64,000 nt of DNA from an uncultured delta proteobacterium (GCA_963745025.1 CAVUWD010000014.1:64001-128000), one strand, 5' to 3'. Shown: positions 18,634-29,252, numbered from the stretch's first letter. The notes: a model not told the origin generated them from the sequence alone. Numbers and translations: made by a program.

Positions 18634-19623
18634 ATGGCAGAGAAGCGACTCCCCTCGTTCGGCTGGCTCATGCTCGTGCTTCTCAGCGCGACGGTCGCTC
18701 GGGCCGCCGGCGAAGCATCGAAGGCGGGCCAGGGTGTGCCGCGCCTTCAGCACGTTTTCGTCATCATCGAAGAGAACATGGGCTTCGACGAAGTCGCCAC
18801 CACCCACGCCGGCGAAGCCCCGTATCTGAACGCGCTGGCGGCGGCTCACGTGCGGCACGAAGCCTACTACGCGATCACTCACCCGAGCTTGGGTAACTAC
18901 ACGGCGCTCGTCAGCGGGCAGCTTCCGAGCCCGCTCGAGCGACGAAATTGCCCTTTTTATAACAATTGCATCCGCGCAGGGCCGACGCTCGCCGATCAGC
19001 TCACGACCAAAGGCCTCACCTGGCGCGGCTACTTCGAAAGCATGCCCGTTCCTTGCGCCCGGCCCACCGGCTTCTGGGACGACTACCAGGACGGCTATGC
19101 GACGCGGCACAATCCCTTCGTCTATTTTCAGGAGATCGTCCGCGACGAAGCCTACTGCCAGACACACGTCGTCCCCTACGAGAAGCACTTCGCGGCCGAT
19201 CTCAAGGCCGGCCCGCCGAACTTCGCGTTCATCGTGCCGAACACCTGTAACGACGGCCACGATACCGGCTGCAAGGTCGGCAAGACGGCGCTCGAGGTGC
19301 TCGACGGCTGGCTGCAGAACAACGTGCCGCCGATCCTCAAGTTCGTCTACGAGAATCCGGGCTCGGCGCTCGTCATCACCTTCGACGAGGCGGAATTCAG
19401 CGACGGCGCGGCCTGCTGCAAGCAGAAATCGGGGCGCGGCGGCGGCCACATCGACTTCGTGCTGATCGCGCCCGGCCTCGAGCGAGCTCCGGGGCATCGC
19501 TCGCGGGTGCCGGCCAATCACTACTCGTTGCTGCGAACGCTCGAGGACGCGTTCGGCCTCGCACCCCTCGGCGAAGCGGCACACGTCGAGCCCATGAAGG
19601 ACCTGTTCGCCTCGGCGCCTTGA
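18634..19623 (+). CDS. Secreted phosphoesterase (acid phosphatase/phospholipase C family)
   Basis: Signal peptide; HVFVIIEEN, THPSLGNY, RHNPF, NDGHD, ITFDE, NHYSLLRT. Confidence 0.9.
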   Translation: MAEKRLPSFGWLMLVLLSATVARAAGEASKAGQGVPRLQHVFVIIEENMGFDEVATTHAGEAPYLNALAAAHVRHEAYYAITHPSLGNYTALVSGQLPSPLERRNCPFYNNCIRAGPTLADQLTTKGLTWRGYFESMPVPCARPTGFWDDYQDGYATRHNPFVYFQEIVRDEAYCQTHVVPYEKHFAADLKAGPPNFAFIVPNTCNDGHDTGCKVGKTALEVLDGWLQNNVPPILKFVYENPGSALVITFDEAEFSDGAACCKQKSGRGGGHIDFVLIAPGLERAPGHRSRVPANHYSLLRTLEDAFGLAPLGEAAHVEPMKDLFASAP

Positions 19624-19793
19624 GGGTCGTTCAAGTGCTCGACCGCGCCGTGACCATACTCGACACGCTGGCTGCCGACGACGATCTGTCGCTCTTCGAG
19701 CTCGCCGAGCGGTTGAGCCTCCACAAGAGCACGATCCATCGCCTGCTCGTGGTGCTCGAGCGGCACCGGCTGGTCGAGCGCCGTTCTACGTGA
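19620..19793 (+). pseudogene. IclR-family regulator, HTH domain only (truncated)
   Basis: VQVLDRAVTILDTLA...LSLFELAERLSLHKSTIHRLLVVLERHRLVER then stop; no effector domain. Confidence 0.8.
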
Positions 19794-19987
19794 CCGGCGG
19801 CACCTTCACACACGGTAAGGAGTCGCTCGGCGAGAGTTACGTCGAAGGAACGGCGATCGAACCCCCGTGGACGGCGGTCGCTTTGAGTGTCGCTTTCACA
19901 TTGCCAACGGTCGGCCGACGTGCTTGCCTGCGGTCGAGCCGATCATCACCGATGCCATGGCGGTGGTCGGGGAGCTCGGGGGTCGAT

Positions 19988-20269
19988 ATGCGCGGGTTGA
20001 AAGACAAGGTAACGCTGGTGACCGGCGCGGGTCGTGGCATCGAGCGGGCGATCGCGGAGCGGTGCGCCGACGAAGGCGCGAAGGTTGCGGCGCTCGACGT
20101 CGCCCCGGACAATCCGAAGCTCATCGAGGCGCTGAAGCGAGCTGTGCCGTTCGGACGAATCGGCGAGCCGCACGAGATCGCTGCGGCGGTCGCGTTCCTC
20201 GCCGTAGCCGACGCCGCGTTCATCACCGGGCAAACTCTGTCGGTGAGCGGCGGCCTGACCACGGTGTAG
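19988..20269 (+). pseudogene. badH: BadH-like 2-hydroxycyclohexanecarboxyl-CoA dehydrogenase with a large in-frame internal deletion
   Basis: SDR N-terminus (VTGAGRGI...ALDV) joined directly to the C-terminus (GRIGEP...GQTLSVSGGLT); NAG and YxxxK absent; 93 aa. Confidence 0.75.
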
Positions 20270-20273
20270 GAGC

Positions 20274-21053
20274 ATGTACGAGACGCTCCGCTTCGAGGTG
20301 GAAGAATCGATCGGCTGGGTGCGGCTCGCACGGCCGCAGAAGCTGAACGCGATCAGCCCGCAGATGGTGCGCGAGCTCCGGGCGGTGGTCGACGCCGTGC
20401 GGGCCGACGCGTCGATCCGTGCCGTCGTGTTCACCGGCACGGGGCGCGCCTTCTCTGCAGGCGCCGACATCGCCGAGCTCGTCGGTCTCGCGAGCTCGAC
20501 GCGCTTCCTGCAATTCCTCGAAGAGATCCAGGGCGTGTACGACGAGATCGAAGCGCTCGACCGTCCGACGCTCGCCGCCGTGAATGGCCTCGCCTACGGT
20601 GGCGGCTGCGAGCTGGCCATCGCCTGCGACCTACGCATCATGGCCGAGAGCGCCACGCTCGGCGTACCGGAGATCCTGATCGGCATGCTACCGGGGGGCG
20701 GCGGCACGCAGCGGCTCTCGCGTCTGCTGCCACCGGCGATCGCCAAGCAGTTGATCTTCTTCGGCGAGCCGCTCGACGCGGCATCGGCGGCGCGCCATGG
20801 CATCGTCAACTCGGTGGTGCCCGACGAAGCGATCGAGCCGACGGCTCGGCGATGGGCAAAGAAGCTCGCGTCGCGACCGCCGCTCGCGCTCGCCGCCGCC
20901 AAGAGGCTCGTCCGCGCGGCGGGCAATGCCGACCTCCAGAGCGGCCTCGACGCCGAACGAACCGCCGTCGGGTTCCTCTACGGCACCGAAGACGGCCGTG
21001 AAGGCCTCACGGCGTTCCTCGAGAAGCGTGCGGCGAAGTTCCGCGGGCGGTAG
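20274..21053 (+). CDS. Enoyl-CoA hydratase (BadK-like by context)
   Basis: FSAGADI, GGGCELAIACD, PEILIG, EKRAAKF. Confidence 0.9.
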   Translation: MYETLRFEVEESIGWVRLARPQKLNAISPQMVRELRAVVDAVRADASIRAVVFTGTGRAFSAGADIAELVGLASSTRFLQFLEEIQGVYDEIEALDRPTLAAVNGLAYGGGCELAIACDLRIMAESATLGVPEILIGMLPGGGGTQRLSRLLPPAIAKQLIFFGEPLDAASAARHGIVNSVVPDEAIEPTARRWAKKLASRPPLALAAAKRLVRAAGNADLQSGLDAERTAVGFLYGTEDGREGLTAFLEKRAAKFRGR

Positions 21054-21061
21054 AGCGTCGC

Positions 21062-22723
21062 ATGTTCTTCGAGACGACGCTCGCCGCCGAGCGAATCGAG
21101 ACGCTCACCGCCAACGGCAGCTATACCGATCGGCTGCTCAACGACTTCGTCGAGGACTGGGCGAAGCGCCGGCCCAACAAGACCGCGATCGTCGACGCGC
21201 GCGGCCGCTACAGTTACGGCGAGCTCCGCGCGCGCGCCGACACGGCGGCACTCGGCTTTCTCGACTGCGGCGTGCGTCATGGAGACGTCGTCACGGTTCA
21301 GCTTCCGAACTGGAACGAATTCGTCGTCATCGCGCTCGCGCTCGAGCGCATCGGAGCCGTGATCAACCCCGTGGCGCCGATCTTCCGCAGCCACGAGCTG
21401 CGGAGCATCCTGCGCCTCGCCCGCAGCAAGGCGGTGGTCATGCCGGCGAGCTTCCGCGGCTTCGATTACGCGCCCATGTATCGCGCGCTTTGCGCGGAGC
21501 TTCCGACGGCCGCCACGCAAATCGTGGTCGGAGACGGGGGATCGACGCCCGACTACCTCTGCTGGGACGAGCTTCTCGATCGCGGCACGAGCCGCGATCG
21601 GCTCCGCGTCGCGCTCGACGTGGTTCGTCCCGGGCCAAACGAGGTGCGCGAGCTGATATTCACCTCGGGAACGACCGGTGAGCCGAAAGGAGTGATGCAC
21701 ACGGCGAACACGATCTCGGCGGGCGTCGATCCCATCATGCGCACCCTGGGCATGTCGGGCGACGACGTCTGCCACATGGCTTCCACGCTCGGTCACCAGA
21801 CGGGGTTCCTCTACGGCATGGAGCTCGCCCTGCGCAGCGGCGCGCGCCTGATCCTCCAGGAGACCTGGGATGCCGTTCACTTCGTGAAGCTCGTCGAGGC
21901 GGAGCGCATCACCGTGACGATGGGCGCGACGCCCTTCCTCGCCGACACGCTGGCGGCGCCGAACGTGGCGCATCACGACATGACGTCGCTCCGCGTCTTC
22001 ATCTGCGGGGGGGCGCCGATTCCGCGCCCGCTCGCCGAGCGCGCGAGCCGCGAGCTCGCCTGCCGGCTGGTGCCGGTCTGGGGGATGACCGAGATCGGCA
22101 TCGTCACCACCGTCGGCCCACAAGACCCGGCGGCGAAGATCTCGACGAGCGACGGCAAGCCCTACCCCGGAGGGGAAGTTGCGGTGCGCGCCGACGACGG
22201 CACGCCGGCGCCGGCCGGGTGCGAAGGCGAGCTTTGGACACGGACGCCCGCGATGTTCGCGGGCTACAGCCAGGGCCGCGCGTTCACGGCGAAATTCTTC
22301 GACGCGGACGGCTGGTTCCAGACGGGCGACCGTGCGACCATGGACGGCGACGGGTACATCCGCATCACCGGCCGCAGCAAGGATCTCATCATCCGCGGGG
22401 GCGAGAACGTGTCGGTCAAGGAGATCGAGGACGTGTTGATCCGCCACCCCAAAGTGCGAAGCGTCGCGCTCGTCGCCGTGCCGCACCCTAGGCTCGGCGA
22501 GATCGGCTGCGCCTGTGTGGTGCCCAAGACCGGGGCAAGCCCCTCGCTCGAGGGGCTCTGCGCCTTGCTGAAGGAGGACCAGGTGACGCGACAGTTTTGG
22601 CCCGAGCGGATCCTCGTGCTCGACGAGCTGCCGATGACGCCAAGCGGCAAGATCCAGAAGTTCCGCCTGCGCGAGCTCGCCGCGGAAGCGGGATGCGTTG
22701 CCGCTTCCGCAACGGGGGGTTAA
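21062..22723 (+). CDS. aliA: Cyclohexanecarboxylate-CoA ligase-like
   Basis: FTSGTTGEPKGVMHT, HQTGFLYG, WGMTE, GRSKDLIIRGGEN, PSGKIQK; next to aliB and bad relics. Confidence 0.8.
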   Translation: MFFETTLAAERIETLTANGSYTDRLLNDFVEDWAKRRPNKTAIVDARGRYSYGELRARADTAALGFLDCGVRHGDVVTVQLPNWNEFVVIALALERIGAVINPVAPIFRSHELRSILRLARSKAVVMPASFRGFDYAPMYRALCAELPTAATQIVVGDGGSTPDYLCWDELLDRGTSRDRLRVALDVVRPGPNEVRELIFTSGTTGEPKGVMHTANTISAGVDPIMRTLGMSGDDVCHMASTLGHQTGFLYGMELALRSGARLILQETWDAVHFVKLVEAERITVTMGATPFLADTLAAPNVAHHDMTSLRVFICGGAPIPRPLAERASRELACRLVPVWGMTEIGIVTTVGPQDPAAKISTSDGKPYPGGEVAVRADDGTPAPAGCEGELWTRTPAMFAGYSQGRAFTAKFFDADGWFQTGDRATMDGDGYIRITGRSKDLIIRGGENVSVKEIEDVLIRHPKVRSVALVAVPHPRLGEIGCACVVPKTGASPSLEGLCALLKEDQVTRQFWPERILVLDELPMTPSGKIQKFRLRELAAEAGCVAASATGG

Positions 22724-22742
22724 GCCGACTTCGAGGATTTCC

Positions 22743-23894
22743 GTGGACTTCACGTTTTCCGACCCGGAACGCCAATTCGCCGAATCGCTCCGTCGCTATG
22801 CGCGAGAGCGCCTGCGTGCGGAGTACGCGCAGTGGGACCGCGGCACGCCGTACCCGCGTAGCCGCATTCGCGAGCTCGCGGAACTCGGTATCACGGGCTT
22901 GCGCATCCCGGCCGAGTACGGCGGCGCCCAGGCGACCTACGTGATGGCCGGGATCGCCGCCGAGGAGCTCGCGCGCGGCGACTACAACGTGACGCTCGTC
23001 CTCCAGATCGCGATGATCAGCGGCGACATATTGAGCGCGCACGCGACGGCAGCGGTGAAGGATGCGTGGCTGCCGGCGATGGCGAGCGGTGAGCGTCTGG
23101 TCGCCTTCGGCCTGACGGAGCCGGGTGCGGGATCCGACGCAGCCGCCCTCACGACCACCGCGGTGCGGGACGGCGACTCGTACCTCGTGAGCGGCGAAAA
23201 GGCCTCCATCACCTTCGCGGGAATGGCCGACGCATGCATCGTCTTCGCCCGCATGGGCGGCACGGGAGCGCGCGGCATCGGCGCGGTCCTCGTGCCGCTC
23301 GACGCGCCGGGAGTCTCGCGCCGCATCTACCGCTCGCCGGGAGAACGATTGAGCCAGCGAGGCTCGCTCTGCTTCGACGGCGTGCGCGTGCCGGCGGAGA
23401 ATCGGATCGGCGACGAGAGCGGCGGCTTCATCCAGGCCATGACCGCGTTCGACTACAACCGCGCGGTCATCGCGCTCTGCTGCGTCGGAGCCGCAGAGCA
23501 GTCGCTCGACGAGACGATCGAGTACGCCAAGCAGCGCCACACGTTCGGCAAGCCGATCGCCAAGCACGAAGGCGTATCGTTTCAGATCGCCGAGCATCTG
23601 ACGATGCTCTCCGCCGCCCGTCTGCTCGCCTATCAGTGCCTGGCGCTTCGCGACCGAGGACGACCGCACACCAAGGAAGCGGCCATGGCCAAGTGGCTCG
23701 GTCCGAAGGCGGCCGCGGAGGCGATCCACGCCTGCATCCTGCTCCACGGCTGGATCGGCTACGATCAGGACTTGCCGCACGAGCAGCGGCTGCGCGACGT
23801 CATCGGTCTCGAGATCGGCGACGGAACCCCGGAGATCATGAAGGCGATCATCGCCCGCGAGACGTTCGGGCGCGAGTTCTCCGCCTACAAGTGA
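22743..23894 (+). CDS. aliB: Cyclohexanecarboxyl-CoA dehydrogenase (acyl-CoA dehydrogenase)
   Basis: LTEPGAGSDAA, GEKASIT, FDYNRA, QRLRDVIGLEIGDGT typical of AliB/BadJ. Confidence 0.8.
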   Translation: MDFTFSDPERQFAESLRRYARERLRAEYAQWDRGTPYPRSRIRELAELGITGLRIPAEYGGAQATYVMAGIAAEELARGDYNVTLVLQIAMISGDILSAHATAAVKDAWLPAMASGERLVAFGLTEPGAGSDAAALTTTAVRDGDSYLVSGEKASITFAGMADACIVFARMGGTGARGIGAVLVPLDAPGVSRRIYRSPGERLSQRGSLCFDGVRVPAENRIGDESGGFIQAMTAFDYNRAVIALCCVGAAEQSLDETIEYAKQRHTFGKPIAKHEGVSFQIAEHLTMLSAARLLAYQCLALRDRGRPHTKEAAMAKWLGPKAAAEAIHACILLHGWIGYDQDLPHEQRLRDVIGLEIGDGTPEIMKAIIARETFGREFSAYK

Positions 23895-24100
23895 GGAGCC
23901 AAATTTCCTTCGACGACATCCTCTACGACAAGCGGGACGGCAGCGCGACGATCACCATCAACCGTCCCAATGTAGGGATCTCGGCGCTCGGGATGTCGTC
24001 GCTCGCGCTCTGCTAAATCACGGAGGAAGCGATGGAAGGCCGCAACGCGTTCATCGAGAAGCGCAAGCCAAACTTCCGCAAATACCGTCGATCGCCATGA
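23891..24100 (+). pseudogene. badI: BadI 2-ketocyclohexanecarboxyl-CoA hydrolase relic (internal deletion plus nonsense codon)
   Basis: FDDILYDKRDGSATITINRP fused to GISALGMSSLALC*ITEEAMEGRNAFIEKRKPNFRKY; TAA at 24014-24016. Confidence 0.75.
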
Positions 24101-24855
24101 GACTCGCCGGAAAGATCGCGCTCATCACCGGGGCGTCGCGCGGCATCGGCCGTGCGACGGCCGAACGTTTCGCCCGCGAGGGCGCTGCGATCGTCGTCAA
24201 CTACCGGCGCGGTCGCGAGGCCGCCGCCGCAACCGTCGACGCAATCGTTGGCGGCGGCGGAACGGCGATCGCCGTCGAGGCCGACCTCGGGAGCGGCGAC
24301 GCGATCGCGGCGATGTTCGCCGAGGTTCGCAGCCGCTTCGGCGCGCTCGACGTACTCGTCGCCAACGCGGCGGCGACCGCGTTTCGCCCGCTCCTCGAGA
24401 CCAAGCCGCATCACGTCGAACGCACGTTCGCGATCACGGTCTCGGGCTTTCTCCGCTGCGTGCAGGAGGCCGTGCCGCTGATGGACGGGCGCGGCGGCGC
24501 GATCGTGGCGGTCTCGGGCTTCGACACGCTGAAGACGCTCCCCGGCCACGGCACACTCGGTGCGGCCAAGGCTTCGATGGAGATGCTGGCCCGCTACCTC
24601 GCCGCCGAGCTCGCGCCGCGTGGGATCCGAGTCAACGCCGTGAATCCCGGTTACGTCGACACCGACTCGGCGCGCTTTTACGCGGGAGAGGACTACGAGC
24701 GGCGGGTCCGCGAAGAGTGGATTCCATCGATCCCGGCGTCGCGCATCGCGTCGCCGGAGGAGATCGCCGCGGCGATCCTCTTTCTCTGCTCGGCCGACGC
24801 GAGCTACGTCTACGGCCAGACGCTCGTCGTGGACGGAGGGCTAACGCTCGCTTGA
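24097..24855 (+). CDS. SDR, FabL-like enoyl-thioester reductase
   Basis: TGASRGIG, ANAAATAFRPL, GAAKASME, VNPGYVDTDS. Confidence 0.8.
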   Translation: MRLAGKIALITGASRGIGRATAERFAREGAAIVVNYRRGREAAAATVDAIVGGGGTAIAVEADLGSGDAIAAMFAEVRSRFGALDVLVANAAATAFRPLLETKPHHVERTFAITVSGFLRCVQEAVPLMDGRGGAIVAVSGFDTLKTLPGHGTLGAAKASMEMLARYLAAELAPRGIRVNAVNPGYVDTDSARFYAGEDYERRVREEWIPSIPASRIASPEEIAAAILFLCSADASYVYGQTLVVDGGLTLA

Positions 24856-24922
24856 CGGACGTTCACGGCGTCGCCCAAATTCTGGGGATCTCATCTCGTA
24901 ATATAAGACGGCGGATCGGGTC

Positions 24923-25666
24923 ATGGATTCGGGGCTGAGAGTCGCGGTCGTCACCGGAGCGAGCCACGGCATCGGCCGAGAGATCGCGATGACGCTCGCC
25001 GAGCACGGTTTCATGGTGCGCGGCATCGGTCTCTATGCGCGCGACATCGCGGCGGCCCACGAGGAAGCGAAGCGCCGCTCGCTCGATGTCGAGATCTACG
25101 AAGGCGATGTCAGCCGCGCCGCGGAGGTCGCCAAGTTCCAGCGCTGGGTGGAGAAGACGGGCGGCCGGCTGCGCGCGATCTGCAACAACGCCGCCATCCG
25201 CCCGGCCGGCACCGTCCTCACCACGTCGGAGGAAGACTGGGATCGCGCGTTCGCGGTCAACGTGAAGGGGGCGTTTCTCGTCCTGCGCGCCTTCGTTCCT
25301 AGGCTGATCGCCGCCGGCGGCGGCTCGATCGTCAACATCGCGTCGTGCTCGGCGATGGGTGCCGCGAACCTCCTCGCCTACTCGGCGAGCAAGAGCGCTC
25401 TCATCGCCATGACTCGCTGCCTCGCGGAGGACCACAAGGGCGACCGAATACGCGCCAACGTGATCCTTCCCGGGCCGATCCGCTCCGGCATGACCGAGGG
25501 CTTGCCGAACGAGCGCCTCGTCTGGTGCGAGCACAACGGCGTACAGGGGCGCCTCGGGCTGCCGCGCGACGTCGCCAACGCGGTCGCGTTCCTGGCCTCG
25601 GACGAAGCCGAAACCATCAGCGGAACCGAGCTCCGCGTGAATTACTGGCCTGCCCTCTTCGGCTGA
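24923..25666 (+). CDS. Short-chain dehydrogenase/reductase
   Basis: TGASHGIG, NNAA, YSASK. Confidence 0.88.
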   Translation: MDSGLRVAVVTGASHGIGREIAMTLAEHGFMVRGIGLYARDIAAAHEEAKRRSLDVEIYEGDVSRAAEVAKFQRWVEKTGGRLRAICNNAAIRPAGTVLTTSEEDWDRAFAVNVKGAFLVLRAFVPRLIAAGGGSIVNIASCSAMGAANLLAYSASKSALIAMTRCLAEDHKGDRIRANVILPGPIRSGMTEGLPNERLVWCEHNGVQGRLGLPRDVANAVAFLASDEAETISGTELRVNYWPALFG

Positions 25667-25747
25667 GGCTAAAGCACGAGTATGTACGGGCGGAGACGAC
25701 TCGCGACCAACGGGAGCGAGCAAACGAGACGGTAAGGCGCAGTGCCC

Positions 25748-26533
25748 ATGGACTCCACGAAGATCGAGCACTACGGCGACGAGCTCTACCGGGCGTTACG
25801 CGAGCGTTTCACCGTCGCGCCGCTCACCGAGCGGGAGCCGGAGATCACGGTCGAAGACGCCTACCGCATCCAGCTCGCGATCGTGGCGCGGAAGCTCGCT
25901 CGCGAGGGCGTTCGCCACGTCGGCAAGAAGATCGGCGTGACGAGCGAGGTCGTGCAGAAGGCGCTCGGCGTCGACCGGCCCGACTTCGGCCACCTGACCT
26001 CGGAGATGTGGCTGCGCGACGGCGACTCCGTACCGACCGATCGCCTGCTCCAGCCGCGCGCCGAGGGTGAGATCGCCTTTGTGCTGAAGCGGGACCTCCG
26101 TGGCCCCGGCCTCACGGAGGCCGACGTGCTCGCGGCGACCGATTGCGTCAAGGCCTGCTTCGAGATCGTCGACTCGCGGATCCGCGACTGGAAGATCAAG
26201 ATCCAGGACACGATCGCCGACAATGCTTCCTCCGGCATGCTGGTGGTGAGCGACGGCGCGGTCTCGCCGGCGTGCGTAGACCTGCTCGGCTGCCGCATGA
26301 GGCTCGAGAAGAACGGTGGCGTCGTCGGCACGGGGACCGGCGCCGCGACGATGGGATCGCCGCTCCGCGCCGTGACGTGGCTCGTCGACACGCTCGGCGA
26401 GCTCGGCGTCGTGCTCCGCGCCGGCGAGATCGTGCTTTCGGGCTCGCTCGGGCCGCTCGTCCCGGCGCTCCACGGGGACCGCATGCGGCTCGCCATCGAG
26501 GGGATCGGCGAGTGCGCGGCGCACTTCGGGTGA
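25748..26533 (+). CDS. 2-keto-4-pentenoate hydratase (MhpD/XylJ/DmpE family)
   Basis: GKKIGVTS, PDFGHL, QPRAEGEIAF, EIVDSRI, DTIADNAS, VLSGSL. Confidence 0.9.
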   Translation: MDSTKIEHYGDELYRALRERFTVAPLTEREPEITVEDAYRIQLAIVARKLAREGVRHVGKKIGVTSEVVQKALGVDRPDFGHLTSEMWLRDGDSVPTDRLLQPRAEGEIAFVLKRDLRGPGLTEADVLAATDCVKACFEIVDSRIRDWKIKIQDTIADNASSGMLVVSDGAVSPACVDLLGCRMRLEKNGGVVGTGTGAATMGSPLRAVTWLVDTLGELGVVLRAGEIVLSGSLGPLVPALHGDRMRLAIEGIGECAAHFG

Positions 26534-26652
26534 GCGGCCGGAAGCCGCCTGCGCGATCACCGGATCGGGCGACGTCGCGACCGACCGCCTCTACCTGCTG
26601 CGGTGCTTCGCGCCACCCCTCGTCCGATGCCGGATCGGCTGGTCTCGGCTTC

Positions 26653-27762
26653 TCAAAACCGCACCACGGCCCGGATCGACTCGCCGCGGTGCATGAGATC
26701 GAAGCCCTCGTTGATTCGTTCGAGCGGCAGCACGTGGGTGATGAGGTCGTCGATGTCGAGACGTCCTTGCATGTACCAGTCGACGATCTTCGGCACGTCC
26801 GTGCGGCCCCTCGCACCGCCGAACGCGGTGCCTTTCCATACCCTGCCGGTGACGAGCTGGAAGGGGCGCGTCGAGATCTCCTGACCGGCGCCGGCGACGC
26901 CGATGATCACGCTCACGCCCCAGCCCTTGTGGCAGCATTCGAGCGCCTGCCGCATGACCGTCACGTTACCGATGCACTCGAAGCTGTAGTCGGCGCCGCC
27001 TCCGGTGAGGCTCACCAGGTGGGGCACTAGATCGCCTTCGACCTCGTTCGGGTTCACGAAGTCCGTCATGCCGAACTTCTCGGCGAGCGCCCGCTTCGCG
27101 GGGTTGACGTCGACGCCGACGATCCGGTTGGCGCCGCAGAGGCGCGCTCCCTGAATGACGTTCAACCCGATCCCGCCGAGCCCGAAGACCACGACGTTCG
27201 CGCCGGCCTCGACCTTGGCGGTGTTGATGACCGCGCCGATACCCGTGGTCACGCCGCAGCCGACGTAGCAAACCTTGTCGAAAGGCGCGTCCTCACGGAT
27301 CTTGGCGACGGCGATCTCGGGGAGCACCGTGTAGTGCGCGAACGTCGAGGTCCCCATGTAGTGGTGAACTTTGGTCCCGCCGAGCGAGAAGCGACTGGTG
27401 CCGTCGGGCATGACGCCCCTCCCCTGCGTCTCGCGGATCGCCTGGCAGAGGTTCGTCTTGCGGCTGAGGCAGTACTCGCACTGGCGGCACTCCGGCGTGT
27501 AGAGCGGGATCACGTGGTCGCCCTTCTTCACGCTGGCGACGCCGGCGCCCACCTCCACCACGACGCCGGCGCCCTCGTGGCCGAGGATGGCGGGGAACAA
27601 TCCCTCGGGATCGGCACCGGAGCGCGTGAACTCGTCGGTGTGGCAGATCCCGGTGGCGTGGATCTCGACCATCACCTCGCCCGCGCGCGGGCCGTCGAGA
27701 TCGACGGTCTCGATCGCCAAGGGCTCGCCCGCCTTGTGCGCGACTGCGGCTTTGACTTTCAT
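26653..27762 (-). CDS. frmA: S-(hydroxymethyl)glutathione dehydrogenase / class III alcohol dehydrogenase
   Basis: GICHTD, GHEGAG, structural-Zn CRQCEYC...[13 protein letters not shown]. Confidence 0.96.
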   Translation of the reverse strand: MKVKAAVAHKAGEPLAIETVDLDGPRAGEVMVEIHATGICHTDEFTRSGADPEGLFPAILGHEGAGVVVEVGAGVASVKKGDHVIPLYTPECRQCEYCLSRKTNLCQAIRETQGRGVMPDGTSRFSLGGTKVHHYMGTSTFAHYTVLPEIAVAKIREDAPFDKVCYVGCGVTTGIGAVINTAKVEAGANVVVFGLGGIGLNVIQGARLCGANRIVGVDVNPAKRALAEKFGMTDFVNPNEVEGDLVPHLVSLTGGGADYSFECIGNVTVMRQALECCHKGWGVSVIIGVAGAGQEISTRPFQLVTGRVWKGTAFGGARGRTDVPKIVDWYMQGRLDIDDLITHVLPLERINEGFDLMHRGESIRAVVRF

Positions 27763-27986
27763 CGATCTGCCCCCTCAAGACGAGATGTCCGCCACTCTGA
27801 CGTCGTGGGCATGACCGTTTGTCAAGCGATTCGCCCTGACGACAGGCCATCGTCGCGGGGCGCTCGCGAAGTCACGGCGAGCGTTCGGATGGTTCCGGAA
27901 CGCCCTCAGGCGCGCATCGCGTAGAGGCCGGAGAACGGATCTCGACGGCAGCCTGCCGAACTCTCGAAAGCGCGGCCTCGGCGAGC

Positions 27987-28324
27987 TCACGCGCCTTGCT
28001 CGCCGAGCACCGCGTCGATGCCCTCGCTCTGGGCGAGCGACTGCGTCATGCGGTAAAGCGTGCTCACGCTGTAGAGAAGCTTGCCGATGAAGTTGATGTT
28101 CTCGTCGACGTTCGCCGAGCAGTTCATCTCCAGCATGAGGTAGGTGCCGCCGGGGGCGAGCGCGCGCCGGATCGCCTTCAGCAACGCGACGGGATGGGCC
28201 GATTCGTGCACCATGTCGAAGGCCGTGATGAAGTCGAACTTCGGTCCGCGCATCCGTTTGGCGTCGAGCACTTTGAAGGTGATCCGCTTCCCGATGCCTT
28301 CGAAGCGGGCATTGGCGCGGGCGC
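27987..28324 (-). pseudogene. 3' fragment of a SAM-dependent methyltransferase (same family as 61763-62815)
   Basis: FDFITAFDMVHESAHP..LKAIRRAL.PGGTYLMLE...YSVSTL; N-terminus replaced by the repeat at 28325. Confidence 0.75.
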
Positions 28325-28389
28325 GGCCGATCACAACCGACCGCGCTCTTCGTCGTCCCGAAGCATTCGAGGCGAAGACTGAGGCGTTA
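28325..28389. repeat. Partial copy of the long palindromic element at 56656-56945
   Basis: 57/65 nt identical to 56859-56923 by manual alignment. Confidence 0.85.
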
Positions 28390-28475
28390 CGCGAGCGAAT
28401 AACGCCTGAATCGCTCCGCAAGACAGGCGACTCGACGCCGAGGATTTCGGCGACTGCCGGCAGCGCTCAACTATC

Positions 28476-29252
28476 TCAGCGACCGCGGAAGACCGGCCTT
28501 CGCTTCTCGAGAAACGCGCGTACGCCTTCGCGATAGTCCTCGCTCGCGAAGCAGGCCCGGATCGATTCGGCGGCCGCCTCGGTTTCGTCGCGGCCTCGCG
28601 CCAGCGCGCCGAGCATGCGCTTGGCGCTGCGGATCGTCAGCGGCGCGTTGGAGGCGATGTCCTCGGCGGCCTTGCGCACGAAGGGCTCGAGCTCGCGCTT
28701 CGCCACGACCGCGTTGACGAGCCCCTTCCGCGCCGCTTCCCCGGCATCGAAGCGGCGCGCCGTGAAGAGGATCTCCTTTGCGACCGATTCGCCGACCACG
28801 GCCGTCAGAGCCGCCAGGCCGTGCGCCGGATAGCCGAGCCCGAGCCGAGCCGCGGGGATCGCAAACGTGGCGTCGTCGGCGGCGTAGCGAATGTCGGCAC
28901 AGAGGGCGAGCGCGACACCGCCGCCGACGCAGAATCCGTGAATCATGGCGAGGAGCGGTTTCGTCACCGCCCGCAGCGCCTCGAACGCCCTCGCGTTCTC
29001 TTCCTCGTACCGGCTGCCTGCCTCGCCGGTGCGCAGTCGCTCGAACTCGGAGATGTCCGCGCCGGCGACGAACGCTTCCTCGCCCGCTCCGCGGAGGATC
29101 ACCACGCGAACGGCGTCGTCCTCGTCGACTCTCTTTGCCGCGGGCGAGATCGCCCGCCACATCTCGCCGGTGATCGCGTTTCGTCGCTCGGCGTGGTCGA
29201 AGACGATCCAGCCGATAGCGCCCTCGCGAACGATGCGCACTTCGCCGGGCAT
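28476..29252 (-). CDS. Enoyl-CoA hydratase/isomerase
   Basis: [37 protein letters not shown]. Confidence 0.9.
   Translation of the reverse strand: MPGEVRIVREGAIGWIVFDHAERRNAITGEMWRAISPAAKRVDEDDAVRVVILRGAGEEAFVAGADISEFERLRTGEAGSRYEEENARAFEALRAVTKPLLAMIHGFCVGGGVALALCADIRYAADDATFAIPAARLGLGYPAHGLAALTAVVGESVAKEILFTARRFDAGEAARKGLVNAVVAKRELEPFVRKAAEDIASNAPLTIRSAKRMLGALARGRDETEAAAESIRACFASEDYREGVRAFLEKRRPVFRGR

Noticed and set aside
15557-19623. Very long ORFs of 952 aa and 1007 aa as giant fusion proteins
   Set aside because: They are open-frame extensions typical of high-GC DNA; the recognisable genes start at 16994 and 18634 and the extensions overlap other genes
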